Source of the DNA: Solirubrobacteraceae bacterium
Lineage (GTDB): Bacteria; Actinomycetota; Thermoleophilia; Solirubrobacterales; Solirubrobacteraceae
DNA: 64,000 nt
NCBI GenBank assembly: GCA_035948355.1
Contig: DASZJF010000037.1
Location: forward strand, 5,019-69,018
Direction of reading: 5' to 3'
Every line of letters starts with the position of its first letter. Position 1 is the first letter of the stretch. The position numbers and the translations under genes are program-made. Positions 27,966-38,278 of this stretch are shown here, piece after piece. A model generated the notes under the pieces. The model was not told the DNA's origin. It saw nothing but the letters and a program-made list of their open reading frames with translations, and ran no database searches.

Positions 27966-28847
27966 ATGTCCGCCACGATCATCGATGGCAAGGCGATCGC
28001 CGCGCGCGTGCGCGAGGAAGTAGCCGAGGGGGTGCGCGCCTTCACCGAGCAGACCGGCCGAACGCCGGGCCTGGCGACCGTGCTCGTCGGCGACGATCCG
28101 GCGTCGGCGATCTACGTGGGCGGCAAGCAGCGGGCGAGCGCGCAGGCGGGGATGCGGGCGTTCGACGTGCGCCTGCCGGAGGACGCGACGCACGAGCAGG
28201 TCGCGCAGCGGTTGCACGGGCTGGCGGAGGACGAGGACGTGAGCGGGATCCTGCTGCAGCTGCCGGTGCCCGAGCCGCTCGACGGCCCGTCGCTGACGGA
28301 GCTGGTGCCGCCGGAGAAGGACGTGGATGGGCTGACGCCGGTGAACGCCGGCCTGCTATCGCTGGGACGCCCGGGGCTCGTGTCGGCGACGCCGCTGGGC
28401 GTGCTCGAGCTGCTGCGCCAGAGCGAGGTCAAACTGGAGGGCGCGGCGGCCGTGGTGGTAGGGCGCTCCAACCTGTTCGGCAAGCCGATGGCTCAACTGC
28501 TGCTCGCGCGCAATGTGACCGTGACGGTGTGTCACTCACGCACGCGCGACCTGCGCGCCGTGTGCGCCCGCGCGGACGTGCTGATCGCCGCCGTCGGTCG
28601 CCCACGGTTGATCCAGAAGGACTTCGTCAAGCCGGGCGCGGTCGTGATCGACGTCGGCATGAACCGGCTGACGCCGGAGGAGGCTCACAACAAGAGCGGG
28701 CTCGTCGGGGATGTCGACTACGCCGCCGTGGTCGATGTCGCCTCGGCGATCACACCCGTCCCCGGCGGCGTGGGTCCGATGACGATTGCGTGCCTGCTGC
28801 GCAACACGCTCCAGGCGGCGCGCATGCAGGCGGGAATCGAGATATAG
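27966..28847 (+). CDS. folD: Methylenetetrahydrofolate dehydrogenase/cyclohydrolase
   Basis: IIDGKAIA, GILLQLP, KDVDG, GRSNLFGKP, ITPVPGGVGPMT. Confidence 0.97.
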   Translation: MSATIIDGKAIAARVREEVAEGVRAFTEQTGRTPGLATVLVGDDPASAIYVGGKQRASAQAGMRAFDVRLPEDATHEQVAQRLHGLAEDEDVSGILLQLPVPEPLDGPSLTELVPPEKDVDGLTPVNAGLLSLGRPGLVSATPLGVLELLRQSEVKLEGAAAVVVGRSNLFGKPMAQLLLARNVTVTVCHSRTRDLRAVCARADVLIAAVGRPRLIQKDFVKPGAVVIDVGMNRLTPEEAHNKSGLVGDVDYAAVVDVASAITPVPGGVGPMTIACLLRNTLQAARMQAGIEI

Positions 28848-28918
28848 ATGTCGCCGATGTCCCTCGCCTCGACGATCCTCCGTCGCGCCCACGGCGAGCC
28901 GGCTGCGGAGTGGACCCG

Positions 28919-29362
28919 ATGAGCCTCCGACGCCTGCGCCTCGGGGAGCTGCTCGCGCTGGCGGGCGCGATCTGCGTGATCGTGTCGCTGTTTGAGCCGT
29001 GGTATGAGAACTCGCTGGGCAAGCTCAGCGCGTGGGACACGTTCGGACCGGCGCTCGTACTGCTGATCGCCGCGGCTGCCGCCGCGCTCGGGCTGGTCGT
29101 GAGCACGATCACCGAGCGCAGCACGGCACTGCCGGTCGCGGCCGGGGTGTGGAGCACGCTGTTCGGGGTCATCGCCGTGATCGCCGCGATCGTGCGCGTG
29201 CTGGAGCGTCCCGAACACGCCACCTCGTTGTGCGCGGGGGCGTGGCTGGCGCTCGCCGGTGCGATCCTGATGCTCGTCGGGTCGTGGCAGTCGATGCGTG
29301 ACGAACGCGGCTCGATGTACGAGCCGGCGGAACCGCCGCCGCTGCCGCCGCCCGCGCTCTGA
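28919..29362 (+). CDS. Hypothetical four-TM membrane protein
   Basis: MSLRRLRLGELLALAGAICVIVSLFEPWY...; four hydrophobic segments. Confidence 0.75.
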   Translation: MSLRRLRLGELLALAGAICVIVSLFEPWYENSLGKLSAWDTFGPALVLLIAAAAAALGLVVSTITERSTALPVAAGVWSTLFGVIAVIAAIVRVLERPEHATSLCAGAWLALAGAILMLVGSWQSMRDERGSMYEPAEPPPLPPPAL

Positions 29363-29382
29363 GCCCACATAGAATGCCCGTC

Positions 29383-29667
29383 GTGATCGACCGCGATGAA
29401 GTCCTGCACGTCGCTCGCCTGGCGCGGCTGAAGCTGGACGAGGACGAGATCGAGCCGCTGGCGCGGGAGCTGTCGGCGATCCTCGAGCACGTCGCGCACA
29501 TCGGCGAGCTCGACCTGGAGGGGGTGGCGCCGACGACACACGTGGTGGAGGTGACCGGGGCGTTGCGCGCGGATGAGCCGTGGGAGTCGTTGCCGCGCGA
29601 GGTCGCGCTGGCGCAGGCTCCGGCCGTGAGCGGCAACGGTTTCTCTGTACCGAGTCCCCAGGCGTGA
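29383..29667 (+). CDS. gatC: Asp/Glu-tRNA amidotransferase subunit C
   Basis: [15 protein letters not shown]...LRAD...FSVP. GTG 29383 preferred because TAGAAT lies 7 nt upstream and overlaps the alternative ATG 29374. Confidence 0.95.
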   Translation: MIDRDEVLHVARLARLKLDEDEIEPLARELSAILEHVAHIGELDLEGVAPTTHVVEVTGALRADEPWESLPREVALAQAPAVSGNGFSVPSPQA

Positions 29668-31145
29668 GCGTCGCCGAGATCATCGAGCTGTCCGCTGCGC
29701 AGGCGGCGCGGAAGATCGCCGCGGGCGAGCTGTCGAGCGGGGAGCTGTTCGACGCCTACCGCGCGCGCGCGGCGGCGGACGAGCTGAACTGCTTCACCTG
29801 GGTTGCGCCAGAGCGCACGAATGGAGCGACCGGCGACTCCAGCGCCCCTCTGGCGGGAGTCCCGCTGGCGGTCAAGGATCTGTTCTGCACCGAGGGCGTG
29901 CCCAGCCAGTCGGGCTCGCGCATCCTTCAGGGGTACGAGCCTCCCTACACCGCCACCGCGGTCAAGCGCCTGCAGGCGGCGGGCGCGAGCCTTCTGGGGA
30001 AGACCAACCAGGACGAGTTCGCGATGGGCTCCTCGAACGAGAACTCGGCGTATGGGCCGGTGCTCAACCCGTGGGATCGCACGCGCGTGCCGGGGGGCTC
30101 CTCGGGCGGGAGCGCCGCCGCGGTCGCAGCGGGACTGGCGCCGTGGGCGCTGGGGACGGACACCGGCGGCTCGATCCGTCAGCCGGCTGCCCTGTGCGGG
30201 ATCGTCGGGCTCAAACCAACGTACGGGTCGGTGTCCCGGTACGGGATGATCGCGTTCGCCTCCTCGCTGGACCAGGCCGGCCCGCTGACGCGTGACGTGA
30301 CTGACGCGGCGCTGCTGCTCAGGCACATGGTGGGCCGCGATCCGTGCGATGCCACCTCGCTGGAGTTTCCGCAGGCGATCGAGCTGCCGAGCGCCGAGCG
30401 CCTGGATGGGATCAGGCTGGGCGTGCCCGCGGAGCTGACGGGCGCCGCCGTGGGCACGGGTGGCGCCGGGGATGGCATGGGCGCCGAGGGCGAAGGGATC
30501 GAAGCGGGAGTGCTCGACTCGTTCCGGGCTGCGCTTGACCGCGCGGCGCAGCTCGGCGCGGAGATCGTGGAGAGCGTCACCCTGCCGCACGCACCGTACG
30601 GGCTGTCCGCCTACTACGTGCTCGCGCCGGCGGAGGCCTCCTCGAATCTGGCACGCTTCGACGGCGTGCGCTACGGGCTGCGCGCCGACGGTGCGGAGGA
30701 TCTGCTGGAGATGTATGAGCGTACGCGCCACGACGGCTTCGGCGCGGAGGTCAAGCGGCGGATCATGCTCGGCACCTACGCGCTGTCGGCCGGGTACTAC
30801 GACGCTTACTACGGTCGGGCGCAGCGGGTGCGGACGAAGATCGCCGAGGACTTCGCGCGAGCGTTTGCCGATGTTGACTTCATCGTCACGCCGACCGCCC
30901 CGACGGTCGCGTTCGAGCTGGGCGCGAAGACGAGCGACCCGCTGGCCATGTACCTGAACGACTACTGCACGGTGCCGATGTCGCTCGCTGGGATACCCGC
31001 CATCTCGATCCCGTGCGGGCTCAGCGACGGTCTGCCCGTCGGGTTGCAGATCGCCGGCGCCGCTTTCAGTGAGAACCGGCTGCTGGACGCGGCGCATGCG
31101 CTGGAGCAAGCGCTTGCCTTCGACGGGAGCGTTGCGCGTGTCTGA
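29664..31145 (+). CDS. gatA: Asp/Glu-tRNA amidotransferase subunit A
   Basis: [56 protein letters not shown]. Confidence 0.97.
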   Translation: MSVAEIIELSAAQAARKIAAGELSSGELFDAYRARAAADELNCFTWVAPERTNGATGDSSAPLAGVPLAVKDLFCTEGVPSQSGSRILQGYEPPYTATAVKRLQAAGASLLGKTNQDEFAMGSSNENSAYGPVLNPWDRTRVPGGSSGGSAAAVAAGLAPWALGTDTGGSIRQPAALCGIVGLKPTYGSVSRYGMIAFASSLDQAGPLTRDVTDAALLLRHMVGRDPCDATSLEFPQAIELPSAERLDGIRLGVPAELTGAAVGTGGAGDGMGAEGEGIEAGVLDSFRAALDRAAQLGAEIVESVTLPHAPYGLSAYYVLAPAEASSNLARFDGVRYGLRADGAEDLLEMYERTRHDGFGAEVKRRIMLGTYALSAGYYDAYYGRAQRVRTKIAEDFARAFADVDFIVTPTAPTVAFELGAKTSDPLAMYLNDYCTVPMSLAGIPAISIPCGLSDGLPVGLQIAGAAFSENRLLDAAHALEQALAFDGSVARV

Positions 31146-32613
31146 GGCGCCCGCACCAAGCGCTCCGGGCGCCACGACGGATCTCGAACCGGTCATCGGC
31201 CTGGAGATTCACGTTCAGCTGAAGACGCGCACGAAGATGTTCTGCGGCTGCGAGCTGTCGTTCGGGGAGCCCGAGAACACGCGCACCTGCCCGGTCTGCC
31301 TGGGGCTGCCGGGAGCGCTGCCGGTCGCGAACGCACAGGCTGTCCATCTCGGCCTGACGATCGGGTTGGCGCTCGGCTGCGAGCTCGCGCCCACGTCGGT
31401 GTTTCATCGCAAGAACTACTTCTATCCGGACCTGCCGAAGGGCTATCAGATCTCCCAGTACGACCAGCCGCTGTGCACGGGCGGGCGTCTGGGGGAGGTG
31501 CGCATCCACCGCGTGCACCTGGAGGACGACGCGGCCAAGCTGACGCACCTCGGCGACAGTGGGCGCATCCACGGCTCGCGGGAGAGCGTCGTGGACTTTA
31601 ACCGCGGCGGCACGCCGCTGGCGGAGATCGTGACCGAGCCCGACCTGCGCAGCGCCGAGCAGGCGAGCGAGTGGCTGAAGCTGTTGCGCACGACGCTGCG
31701 CCAGCTGGGGGTCAGCGACGTGAACATGGAGGAGGGCTCGCTGCGCTGCGACGCGAACATCTCGCTGCGCCCGGCCGGCAGCGAGGAGCTGGGTACGAAG
31801 ACGGAGCTGAAGAACATGAACTCGTTCCGCTTCATCGAGCGCGGGATCAGGGCCGAGATCGCCCGCCAGGAGGAGATCCTGAAAGGTGGGGGAGCGGTCG
31901 TCCAGGAGACGCTGCACTACGACCCGGCCTCGGGTGCGATCACCTCCTTGCGCTCGAAGGAGGAGGCGCACGACTACCGCTATTTCCCCGAGCCGGACCT
32001 CGTGCCGGTGGCGATCGACGAGCAGATGATCGCCCGCGCGCGGGCGGAGTTGGGGGAGCTGCCGGCGGACAGGGCGCAACGGTACGAGCACGAGCTTGGA
32101 GTCAGCGCTGACAGCGCGCGGCTGCTTGCGTTCAGGGCCGAGCTGGGCGACTACTTCGAGGCCGCGCTCGCGGCGTCCGTCGACCCGCCGGCGCCGGCGC
32201 AGGCGCTCGCGAACTGGATCGCCACCGATCTGCTGAGCAGGCTCGCGGAGGACGAAGATCCGGCGGACTCGCGAGTGCGGCCGGGCGCGCTGGCGGCGCT
32301 CGTGGGGCTCGTGTCGGCGAAGCGGATCAGCGTCGGCGCGGGTCGGCAGGTGCTCGACCGGCTCGTGGCGGAGGGCGGCGAGGACCCTGCGGAGATCGTG
32401 CGGGCCGAGGGTCTGGAGGCGATCGGCGAGGGAGATGAGCTGGGCGAGATCGTCGCCGCTGCGCTGGCGGCAAATCCCGATGCGGCGCAGCGCATTCGCG
32501 AAGGGAACGCGAAGGCGATCGGTCCGATCGTCGGGCACGTGATGCGTGAGACCAAGGGCCGGGCCGACGGCGGCGAGGTCACGCGCTTGGTTCACGAGCA
32601 GTTGGCGGTCTAA
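31138..32613 (+). CDS. gatB: Asp/Glu-tRNA amidotransferase subunit B
   Basis: [49 protein letters not shown]. Confidence 0.97.
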   Translation: MSEAPAPSAPGATTDLEPVIGLEIHVQLKTRTKMFCGCELSFGEPENTRTCPVCLGLPGALPVANAQAVHLGLTIGLALGCELAPTSVFHRKNYFYPDLPKGYQISQYDQPLCTGGRLGEVRIHRVHLEDDAAKLTHLGDSGRIHGSRESVVDFNRGGTPLAEIVTEPDLRSAEQASEWLKLLRTTLRQLGVSDVNMEEGSLRCDANISLRPAGSEELGTKTELKNMNSFRFIERGIRAEIARQEEILKGGGAVVQETLHYDPASGAITSLRSKEEAHDYRYFPEPDLVPVAIDEQMIARARAELGELPADRAQRYEHELGVSADSARLLAFRAELGDYFEAALAASVDPPAPAQALANWIATDLLSRLAEDEDPADSRVRPGALAALVGLVSAKRISVGAGRQVLDRLVAEGGEDPAEIVRAEGLEAIGEGDELGEIVAAALAANPDAAQRIREGNAKAIGPIVGHVMRETKGRADGGEVTRLVHEQLAV

Positions 32614-32671
32614 ACGGACGACCCACATTTTGGACTGTGGGCCAAAGGCAGGATGGGCAGGATGCGCCAAT

Positions 32672-32884
32672 ATGCTGGCCATGAACCCACCAGTGGCCAA
32701 TTCGATCGCCCACTCCCCGCGCCGGTTCGTGCTGTTGCCGGAGCAGGAGGAGGACGTGTCGAGCAGTGGGCCACGGATGCGTCGCTATCGGCTGGCGAGT
32801 GTCGGCCGTCGCTCAGGGATGAGCGAGGTGGACGTGGCGACCGCCCGTATCGCTCGCGAGCTTGGCCGTCTGAGGCGTTCATGA
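32672..32884 (+). CDS. Possible small hypothetical protein (70 aa)
   Basis: MLAMNPPVANSIAHSPRRFVLLPEQEED...; plausible codon use and followed by a terminator-like hairpin; no family recognised. Confidence 0.35.
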   Translation: MLAMNPPVANSIAHSPRRFVLLPEQEEDVSSSGPRMRRYRLASVGRRSGMSEVDVATARIARELGRLRRS

Positions 32885-32956
32885 CGGATACCAGACCGGA
32901 CAGGTCTCTTTGTAAAGGTCTCTCTCCGGCTTCCCTCGGCTGGAAGTGAGCGGGGC

Positions 32957-32999
32957 GCAGCCGGGCGGGGTGGCGATTCCCGCCCGGCTGCACCGTTTT
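32957..32999 (+). terminator. Terminator-like hairpin
   Basis: Perfect 13-bp stem GCAGCCGGGCGGG/CCCGCCCGGCTGC, then ACCGTTTT. Confidence 0.6.
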
Positions 33000-33028
33000 C
33001 GGGTCGAGGTCGGCTAACCTGGAGAGCG

Positions 33029-33211
33029 ATGAACCAGGAAAAGACCTCATCGAGTTCGTTCGCCCGCACGGTCGTGGCCGTGCTCGTGCTGCTCGTCGTT
33101 GGGTACTTCCTGCTGCACGTGCTGATCGGCGTCGCCGTCGCGGTCGCTGGGTTCGTGCTCGTGATCGCGGCGATCGTCGCGGTCATCTGGGCTGTGCGCG
33201 TCCTGCTCTGA
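33029..33211 (+). CDS. Small two-TM membrane protein
   Basis: 60 aa, almost entirely hydrophobic; TAACCT 8 nt upstream. Confidence 0.75.
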   Translation: MNQEKTSSSSFARTVVAVLVLLVVGYFLLHVLIGVAVAVAGFVLVIAAIVAVIWAVRVLL

Positions 33212-33233
33212 GGCGAGAGGGGGCGCGGACAAG

Positions 33234-33539
33234 ATGGCCTACATCGTCATCGCGCTGTGCTTCGGCCTGGCGGGTGGGATCGTCGGCAAAATCAAGGGGA
33301 GCTCGTTCTGGCTGTGGTTCCTGATCTCGGCGGTCGTGCCGATCATCGGGTTGGCCACGGCGATCGTGTATCGCTCCGAGCGCAACGAGCCGCGCCGCGC
33401 CTGCCCGCGGTGCGGACGTGTCACGAAGGTGTATGACGCGGTGTGCACGAGGTGCGGGACCGAGCTGGAGTACCCGGATGTCGTGATCGCGCCCGAATCG
33501 GTGGGGCCCTACCGGTCACCGCCACCGGCGCGGTCCTGA
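33234..33539 (+). CDS. Two-TM membrane protein with C-terminal zinc ribbon
   Basis: Hydrophobic N-terminus followed by CPRC-x10-CTRC. Confidence 0.8.
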   Translation: MAYIVIALCFGLAGGIVGKIKGSSFWLWFLISAVVPIIGLATAIVYRSERNEPRRACPRCGRVTKVYDAVCTRCGTELEYPDVVIAPESVGPYRSPPPARS

Positions 33540-33618
33540 AGGACGGCGATTGTCGCTAGGCGTGGCGGTGGCGCTGAGATAAGGGAGCCCGAAGTCGGAG
33601 GCTGTCTATAACTGGTGG

Positions 33619-34161
33619 ATGGACGCAGCCGACGCTCCGAGCATGCCGGCGCGGGAACGCCTGACGGCTCGCTTCACCCGCCGAGCGGGATTCAAGGACG
33701 AGACCGACTTCGTGCTGCGCGTGGTGCAGCCGGCGCTCGTGGGGATGATCGACGGGACCGTCTCCTCGCTGGCGCCGATCTTTGCGGCGGCGATCGCGTC
33801 GAGTTCGCACACGGCGCTGCTCGTCGGGTTCTCCACGGCGCTGGGGGCCGGGGTGAGCATGGGCTGGTCCGAGGCCCTGTCGGACACGGGCGAGCAGACG
33901 GGCCGCGGCTCGGCGGTGGTGCGCGGCTCGATTACGGGCGGGATGACGACGCTGGGGGGCATCTTTCACACGCTGCCGTTCCTGATCTCCGACGTGCACA
34001 AGGCGCTGCTGGTGGCGGGGGGCGTGGTCGCGTTCGAGCTGTTCGCGATCGCTTGGGTCAGGAAACGGTTCCTGCACGTGTCGATGCGCTCCTCGCTGCT
34101 GGTCGTGACGGTCGGCGGCGCGATCGCCCTGGCAATCGGCGTCGCCATCGGCAGCTCCTGA
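33619..34161 (+). CDS. VIT1/CCC1 family transporter (MbfA C-terminal-like)
   Basis: VQPALVGMIDGTVSSLAPIFAAA, ALGAGVSMGWSEALSD, GGIFHTLPFLI. Confidence 0.8.
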   Translation: MDAADAPSMPARERLTARFTRRAGFKDETDFVLRVVQPALVGMIDGTVSSLAPIFAAAIASSSHTALLVGFSTALGAGVSMGWSEALSDTGEQTGRGSAVVRGSITGGMTTLGGIFHTLPFLISDVHKALLVAGGVVAFELFAIAWVRKRFLHVSMRSSLLVVTVGGAIALAIGVAIGSS

Positions 34162-34296
34162 CTAGCGGTCCGCTGGCACGGCGCCAGCCGGCGTCCTCAG
34201 TCGCTTACCGATCGGAGGTCATCAGGATCCCCGATCGGCCAGCACAGCACACCACGCTCCCTGCGTCCTGGTCTGGCTTGGCCATCGAACCGCTAG
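34162..34296 (+). repeat. Repeat family B copy with nested family C hairpin
   Basis: Closed by CTAGCGGT/ACCGCTAG. Shares GCGTCCTCAGTCGCT and CCACGCTCCCTGCGTCCT with 38165-38265. Confidence 0.75.
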
Positions 34297-34331
34297 GGAT
34301 CGGCCCGAAAAACCGCTGGTAAACTCGGGCT

Positions 34332-36008
34332 ATGCGCGCGGTGGACGCAATCATGGAATGCCTGAAGGCCGAGGGCGTGGACGTCGTGTTCGGGCTGCCC
34401 GGCGGGGCGAATTTGCCGACGTACGACGCGTTCGTGAACGGCGGGATCAGGCACATCCTGGTCAGGCACGAGGCCGGCGGCGGGCACGCCGCCCAGGGCT
34501 ATGCGAAGGCGACGGGGAAGGTTGGGGTGGCGTTCGCGACGAGCGGTCCGGGCGCGACGAACCTGATCACGCCGATAACGGACGCGATGATGGATTCGGT
34601 GCCGGTGGTGTTCATCACGGGGCAGGTCAGGACGGAGCTGCTGGGGACGGATGGGTTTCAGGAGGCGGACACGCTGGGGATCACGATCCCGATCGTCAAG
34701 CACTCGTTCATGATCCAGGACCCGCGCGAGATCCCGCGCGCCATCCACGAGGCGTTTCACATCGCCCGCACGGGCCGGCCGGGGCCGGTGCTGGTGGACA
34801 TCCCCCAGGACCTGTCGCGCGCGGAGATCGAGTACGAGCCGGTGACGGATGTACGGCTGCCGGGGTATCAGCCGACGACGGAGGGCAACCAGAAGCAGAT
34901 CCGCCAGGCCGCGAAGGCGCTGGCGGCGGCCAGGCGCCCGGTGATCTATGCGGGCGGGGGCGTGGTGAACGCGAACGCCTCGGCCGAGCTGGTGGAGCTG
35001 GCGGCGTGCGACCGTTTCCCGGTGACGTGCACGCTGATGGGCCTGGGAGCGTTCCCGGCGCCGCACGAGCAGTGGCTGGGGATGCTGGGGATGCATGGGA
35101 CGCGGGCGGCGAACTATGCGATGGACGAGGCCGATTTGATCTGCGCGGTGGGCGCGCGCTTTGACGATCGCATCACGGGGAAGCTGTCGGAGTTCGCGCC
35201 GAAGGCGAAGTTCATCCACATCGATATCGACCCGGCGGAGATCTCGAAGAACGTGCCGGCGCACATCCCGATCGTGGGTGACGCGAAAAATGTGCTGGCG
35301 AAGCTGGCGGTCGAGTACCGGGCGCTGAGCGCCGACGGCGCGCGGCTGGGCGACTGGTGGCAGCGGATCGACGGTTGGAAAGCGAAGTACCCGCTGTCCT
35401 ACGAGGATTCGAAAGACAACGAGATCAAGCCCCAGTACATGATCCAGGCGCTGTATGAGGCGACGAAGGGCGAGGCGATCGTCTCCAGCGACGTTGGGCA
35501 GCACCAGATGTGGACGGCGCAGTACTACGACTTCCCGGCGCCGCGGCGCTGGATCAACTCGGGCGGCCTCGGGACGATGGGGTTCGGGCTGCCGGCGGCG
35601 ATGGGCGCCGCGGTGGGCTGTCCCGACAGACTGGTGTGCTGTGTTGCCGGGGACGGGTCGGTGCAGATGAACGCGCAGGAGCTGGCGACGTGCGCGCAGG
35701 AGAAGATCCCGATCAAGGTGTTCATCATGAACAACGGGTTCCTGGGCATGGTGCGCCAGTGGCAGGAGCTGTTCTGGGACGGCAAATACAGTCATGTGGA
35801 GACGGGCGAGTTCCCGGATTTCGTGAAGCTCGCGGAGGCATATGGCGCGACGGGGATGCGCTTCGAGGACAAGACGACGCTGGTGCAGGACATGAAGCGC
35901 GCGATCGCGACGGACGGTCCGGTGTTCGTGGACGTGAGGGTGACGCGCGAGGAGAACACTTACCCCATGATCCCTGCGGGCCAGGCCGCGCGCGAGATGG
36001 TTGGGTGA
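34332..36008 (+). CDS. ilvB: Acetolactate synthase large subunit
   Basis: [30 protein letters not shown]-like [30 protein letters not shown]. Confidence 0.98.
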   Translation: MRAVDAIMECLKAEGVDVVFGLPGGANLPTYDAFVNGGIRHILVRHEAGGGHAAQGYAKATGKVGVAFATSGPGATNLITPITDAMMDSVPVVFITGQVRTELLGTDGFQEADTLGITIPIVKHSFMIQDPREIPRAIHEAFHIARTGRPGPVLVDIPQDLSRAEIEYEPVTDVRLPGYQPTTEGNQKQIRQAAKALAAARRPVIYAGGGVVNANASAELVELAACDRFPVTCTLMGLGAFPAPHEQWLGMLGMHGTRAANYAMDEADLICAVGARFDDRITGKLSEFAPKAKFIHIDIDPAEISKNVPAHIPIVGDAKNVLAKLAVEYRALSADGARLGDWWQRIDGWKAKYPLSYEDSKDNEIKPQYMIQALYEATKGEAIVSSDVGQHQMWTAQYYDFPAPRRWINSGGLGTMGFGLPAAMGAAVGCPDRLVCCVAGDGSVQMNAQELATCAQEKIPIKVFIMNNGFLGMVRQWQELFWDGKYSHVETGEFPDFVKLAEAYGATGMRFEDKTTLVQDMKRAIATDGPVFVDVRVTREENTYPMIPAGQAAREMVG

Positions 36009-36016
36009 CGGCGGCG

Positions 36017-36574
36017 ATGGGTGAACCTGGAACGAAGGCGCCGCTGAGCCTGGAGGAGTTGCAGGCGTCCACGGGGCTGCGCACGGGGCGCAAGCACGTG
36101 CTGTCGATCCTGGTGGAGAACAAGTCGGGCGTGCTGACGCGGATCGCGGGATTGTTCGCGCGGCGGGGCTTCAACATCGACACGCTGACGGTGGGACCGA
36201 CCGACGACGAGCAGATCTCAAGGGTGACGCTGACGGTGGACGGCGCGCTGCACCCGATCGATCAGGTGACGAAGCAGTTGCACAAGCTCGTGAACGTGCT
36301 GAAGATCAGAGACTTGGAGCCTGGCGACACGGTCTCGCGCGAGCTGGCCCTGTTCAAGGTCTCCGCGGACGGGGCGCAGCGCGGCGAGCTGATGCAGATC
36401 ACGGAGATATTCCGCGGCAAGGTCGTGGACGTGACCAAGCGCTCGGTGATCGTCGAGGTGACGGGCACGACGGAGAAGATCGAGGCGTTCGAGGGCATGG
36501 TGCGCCCGTTCGGCCTGATCGAGATGATGAGGACCGGAGAGATAGCAATATCGCGCGGGCGCACGGAGACGTAG
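36017..36574 (+). CDS. ilvN: Acetolactate synthase small subunit
   Basis: LVENKSGVLTRIAGLFARRGFNI, QVTKQLHKL, IEMMRTG. Confidence 0.97.
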   Translation: MGEPGTKAPLSLEELQASTGLRTGRKHVLSILVENKSGVLTRIAGLFARRGFNIDTLTVGPTDDEQISRVTLTVDGALHPIDQVTKQLHKLVNVLKIRDLEPGDTVSRELALFKVSADGAQRGELMQITEIFRGKVVDVTKRSVIVEVTGTTEKIEAFEGMVRPFGLIEMMRTGEIAISRGRTET

Positions 36575-36592
36575 GAACGCGCAAGAGGACGC

Positions 36593-36658
36593 GGGCTTTG
36601 GTGGGTAAGCCAGAGCCAGTCGTTGCATCGAGTTGCGGTCCAAGCCGCTTACCGCAGC
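36593..36658 (+). promoter_or_regulatory. Structured motif family D copy upstream of menF
   Basis: TGCGGTCCAAGCCGCTTACCGCAGC is a 24/25 match to the reverse complement of 44879-44903; the preceding GGTGGGTRAGCCA is also shared. Confidence 0.55.
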
Positions 36659-36704
36659 TGTAGACATTGCGAGAGCTTTGAACGGCAGAAGAGCGATAAC
36701 CGAC

Positions 36705-38168
36705 ATGCAGCGCCTGGAGGGTCCGTTCGCGCTGAGCGAGCAGGATCGCGAAAGGATGGGGGCGCGGCTGGATCTGGCGCTGCGCAGAGCCAGGCGCAGC
36801 GGCGAGCCGACGCTGGCGACGAGCACGGTGCGGTTGCCGGGCACGGTGGACCCGAGCGCCGTGGTGTGTGCGTCGCGTAGACGCGAGGGCGAGCCGTGGT
36901 TCGCGTTCGAGCAGCCCGACCGCGGAGGGGCGGCGCTCGCGGCGCTGGGGGAGGCGGTGGGCCTGAACAGCTCGGGCGAGGAGCGGTTCGCTAGCGTCGC
37001 CGACCGCTGGCGCGGGCTGGCGGCCACAGCGGTGGGGGACCCGCTGGACGATCCCGACCGCTCGGGGCCGGTGGCGGTCGGCGGGTTCGCGTTCGCGCCC
37101 GAAGGCGGCAAGACGCCCGTGTGGGAGGGATTCGACCCGGCCTCGCTGATCGTGCCGGAGGTGGCGATCAGGCGCGCCGCCAAGGGAGCGCGCGAGCGCG
37201 ATCGTGACGAGGGGGACGTGAGGCTGACGCTGGCGGCGCTGATGGCGCCGGACGACACCTCCGAAGAGGCGCTGGAGCGACTGGAAGGGCGCTTAGCGGA
37301 GCTGAGAGAGCAGACGCTGCCGCTGCTGGACCCGGCGCCGACGGGCAGGTACAGCGTGGGGAGCGCGATGCCGCCCGAGCACTACGAGGCGGCGGTGGAA
37401 CACGCGACGGCGCTGATACGAGAGGGCAGGCTGGAAAAGATCGTGCTCGCGCGCGAGGTGGAGGCGCACGCGCCGCGGAAGTATGACCCGGCGGCGATGC
37501 TGGGCGTGCTGCGCGAGGCGTTCCCGGAGTGCTTCTGTTTCTGCGTGGGGCGCGGGGACGCAACGCTGATCGCCGCGAGCCCCGAGCTGTTGGTGCGCCG
37601 CGAGGGCCACCGCGTGAGCACGCTGGCGCTCGCGGGCTCGACCAGACGCAGCGCCGATCCCGCGGTGGACGCCCATCTGGGGGAGCAGCTGCTGCGCGAC
37701 GAGAGCTATCGCTCCGAGCACGCGATCGTCGCGCGACGGATCGAGCGCACGCTGCGCCCGCACGCGGTGTGGGTGGCGGCGGCGCCGGAGCCGGAGCTGG
37801 TGAAGATCGCCAACATCCAGCACCTGGCGACCCCGATCCGCGCGCAGCTCGCAGCTCCAATAGATGCGGTCGAGCTGGCGGGGCTGATGCACCCGACGCC
37901 GGCGGTCGGGGGAGAGCCTCGCGATGTCGCGACCCCACTTATCCCGGCGCTGGAGGGGTTGGACCGCGGCTGGTACGCGGGTCCGGTCGGGTGGACGGAC
38001 GCGACCGGGGACGGCGAGTTCTGCGTGGCGCTGCGCTGCGCGCTGCTGCGCGAGAACGTGGCGCGCTGCTATGCGGGCAACGGGATCGTGCGCGACTCGA
38101 ATCCGCAGGCGGAGTTGGCCGAGACCGAGGTCAAGCTGCAGGCCCTGCTGCCGCTACTGGCCGGCTGA
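36705..38168 (+). CDS. menF: Isochorismate synthase
   Basis: KIVLAR, ASPELL, ALAGSTRR, HLATP, HPTPAVGG, RGWYAG, YAGNGIV; within the men cluster. Confidence 0.92.
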   Translation: MQRLEGPFALSEQDRERMGARLDLALRRARRSGEPTLATSTVRLPGTVDPSAVVCASRRREGEPWFAFEQPDRGGAALAALGEAVGLNSSGEERFASVADRWRGLAATAVGDPLDDPDRSGPVAVGGFAFAPEGGKTPVWEGFDPASLIVPEVAIRRAAKGARERDRDEGDVRLTLAALMAPDDTSEEALERLEGRLAELREQTLPLLDPAPTGRYSVGSAMPPEHYEAAVEHATALIREGRLEKIVLAREVEAHAPRKYDPAAMLGVLREAFPECFCFCVGRGDATLIAASPELLVRREGHRVSTLALAGSTRRSADPAVDAHLGEQLLRDESYRSEHAIVARRIERTLRPHAVWVAAAPEPELVKIANIQHLATPIRAQLAAPIDAVELAGLMHPTPAVGGEPRDVATPLIPALEGLDRGWYAGPVGWTDATGDGEFCVALRCALLRENVARCYAGNGIVRDSNPQAELAETEVKLQALLPLLAG

Positions 38169-38265
38169 GCGGCGTTGAGCGGCGCATCTCTGCGTCCTCA
38201 GTCGCTCGCGTACGTCGTACGCCACGCTCCCTGCGTCCTTGACCTGCTTGCCCAACGCCGCTCAG
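38165..38265 (+). repeat. Repeat family B copy between convergent menF and mmpL
   Basis: Perfect 13-bp closing IR CTGAGCGGCGTTG/CAACGCCGCTCAG enclosing the family B core motifs. Confidence 0.75.
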
Positions 38266-38278
38266 GAGCGTAGTCCCG

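Noticed and set aside
30440-30500. Gly/Ala-rich insertions in gatA, and similar ones in thrS (~1150-1190), pcrA (~26300-26345) and menF (~37175-37215), as palindromic elements
   Set aside because: Extra residues are apparent, but the pairing is weak or trivial for this GC content and there is no match to families A-D.
34162-34331. Branched-chain amino acid attenuator upstream of ilvB
   Set aside because: No Ile/Leu/Val-rich leader ORF; the structure is the family B/C repeat, and ilvB appears leaderless.
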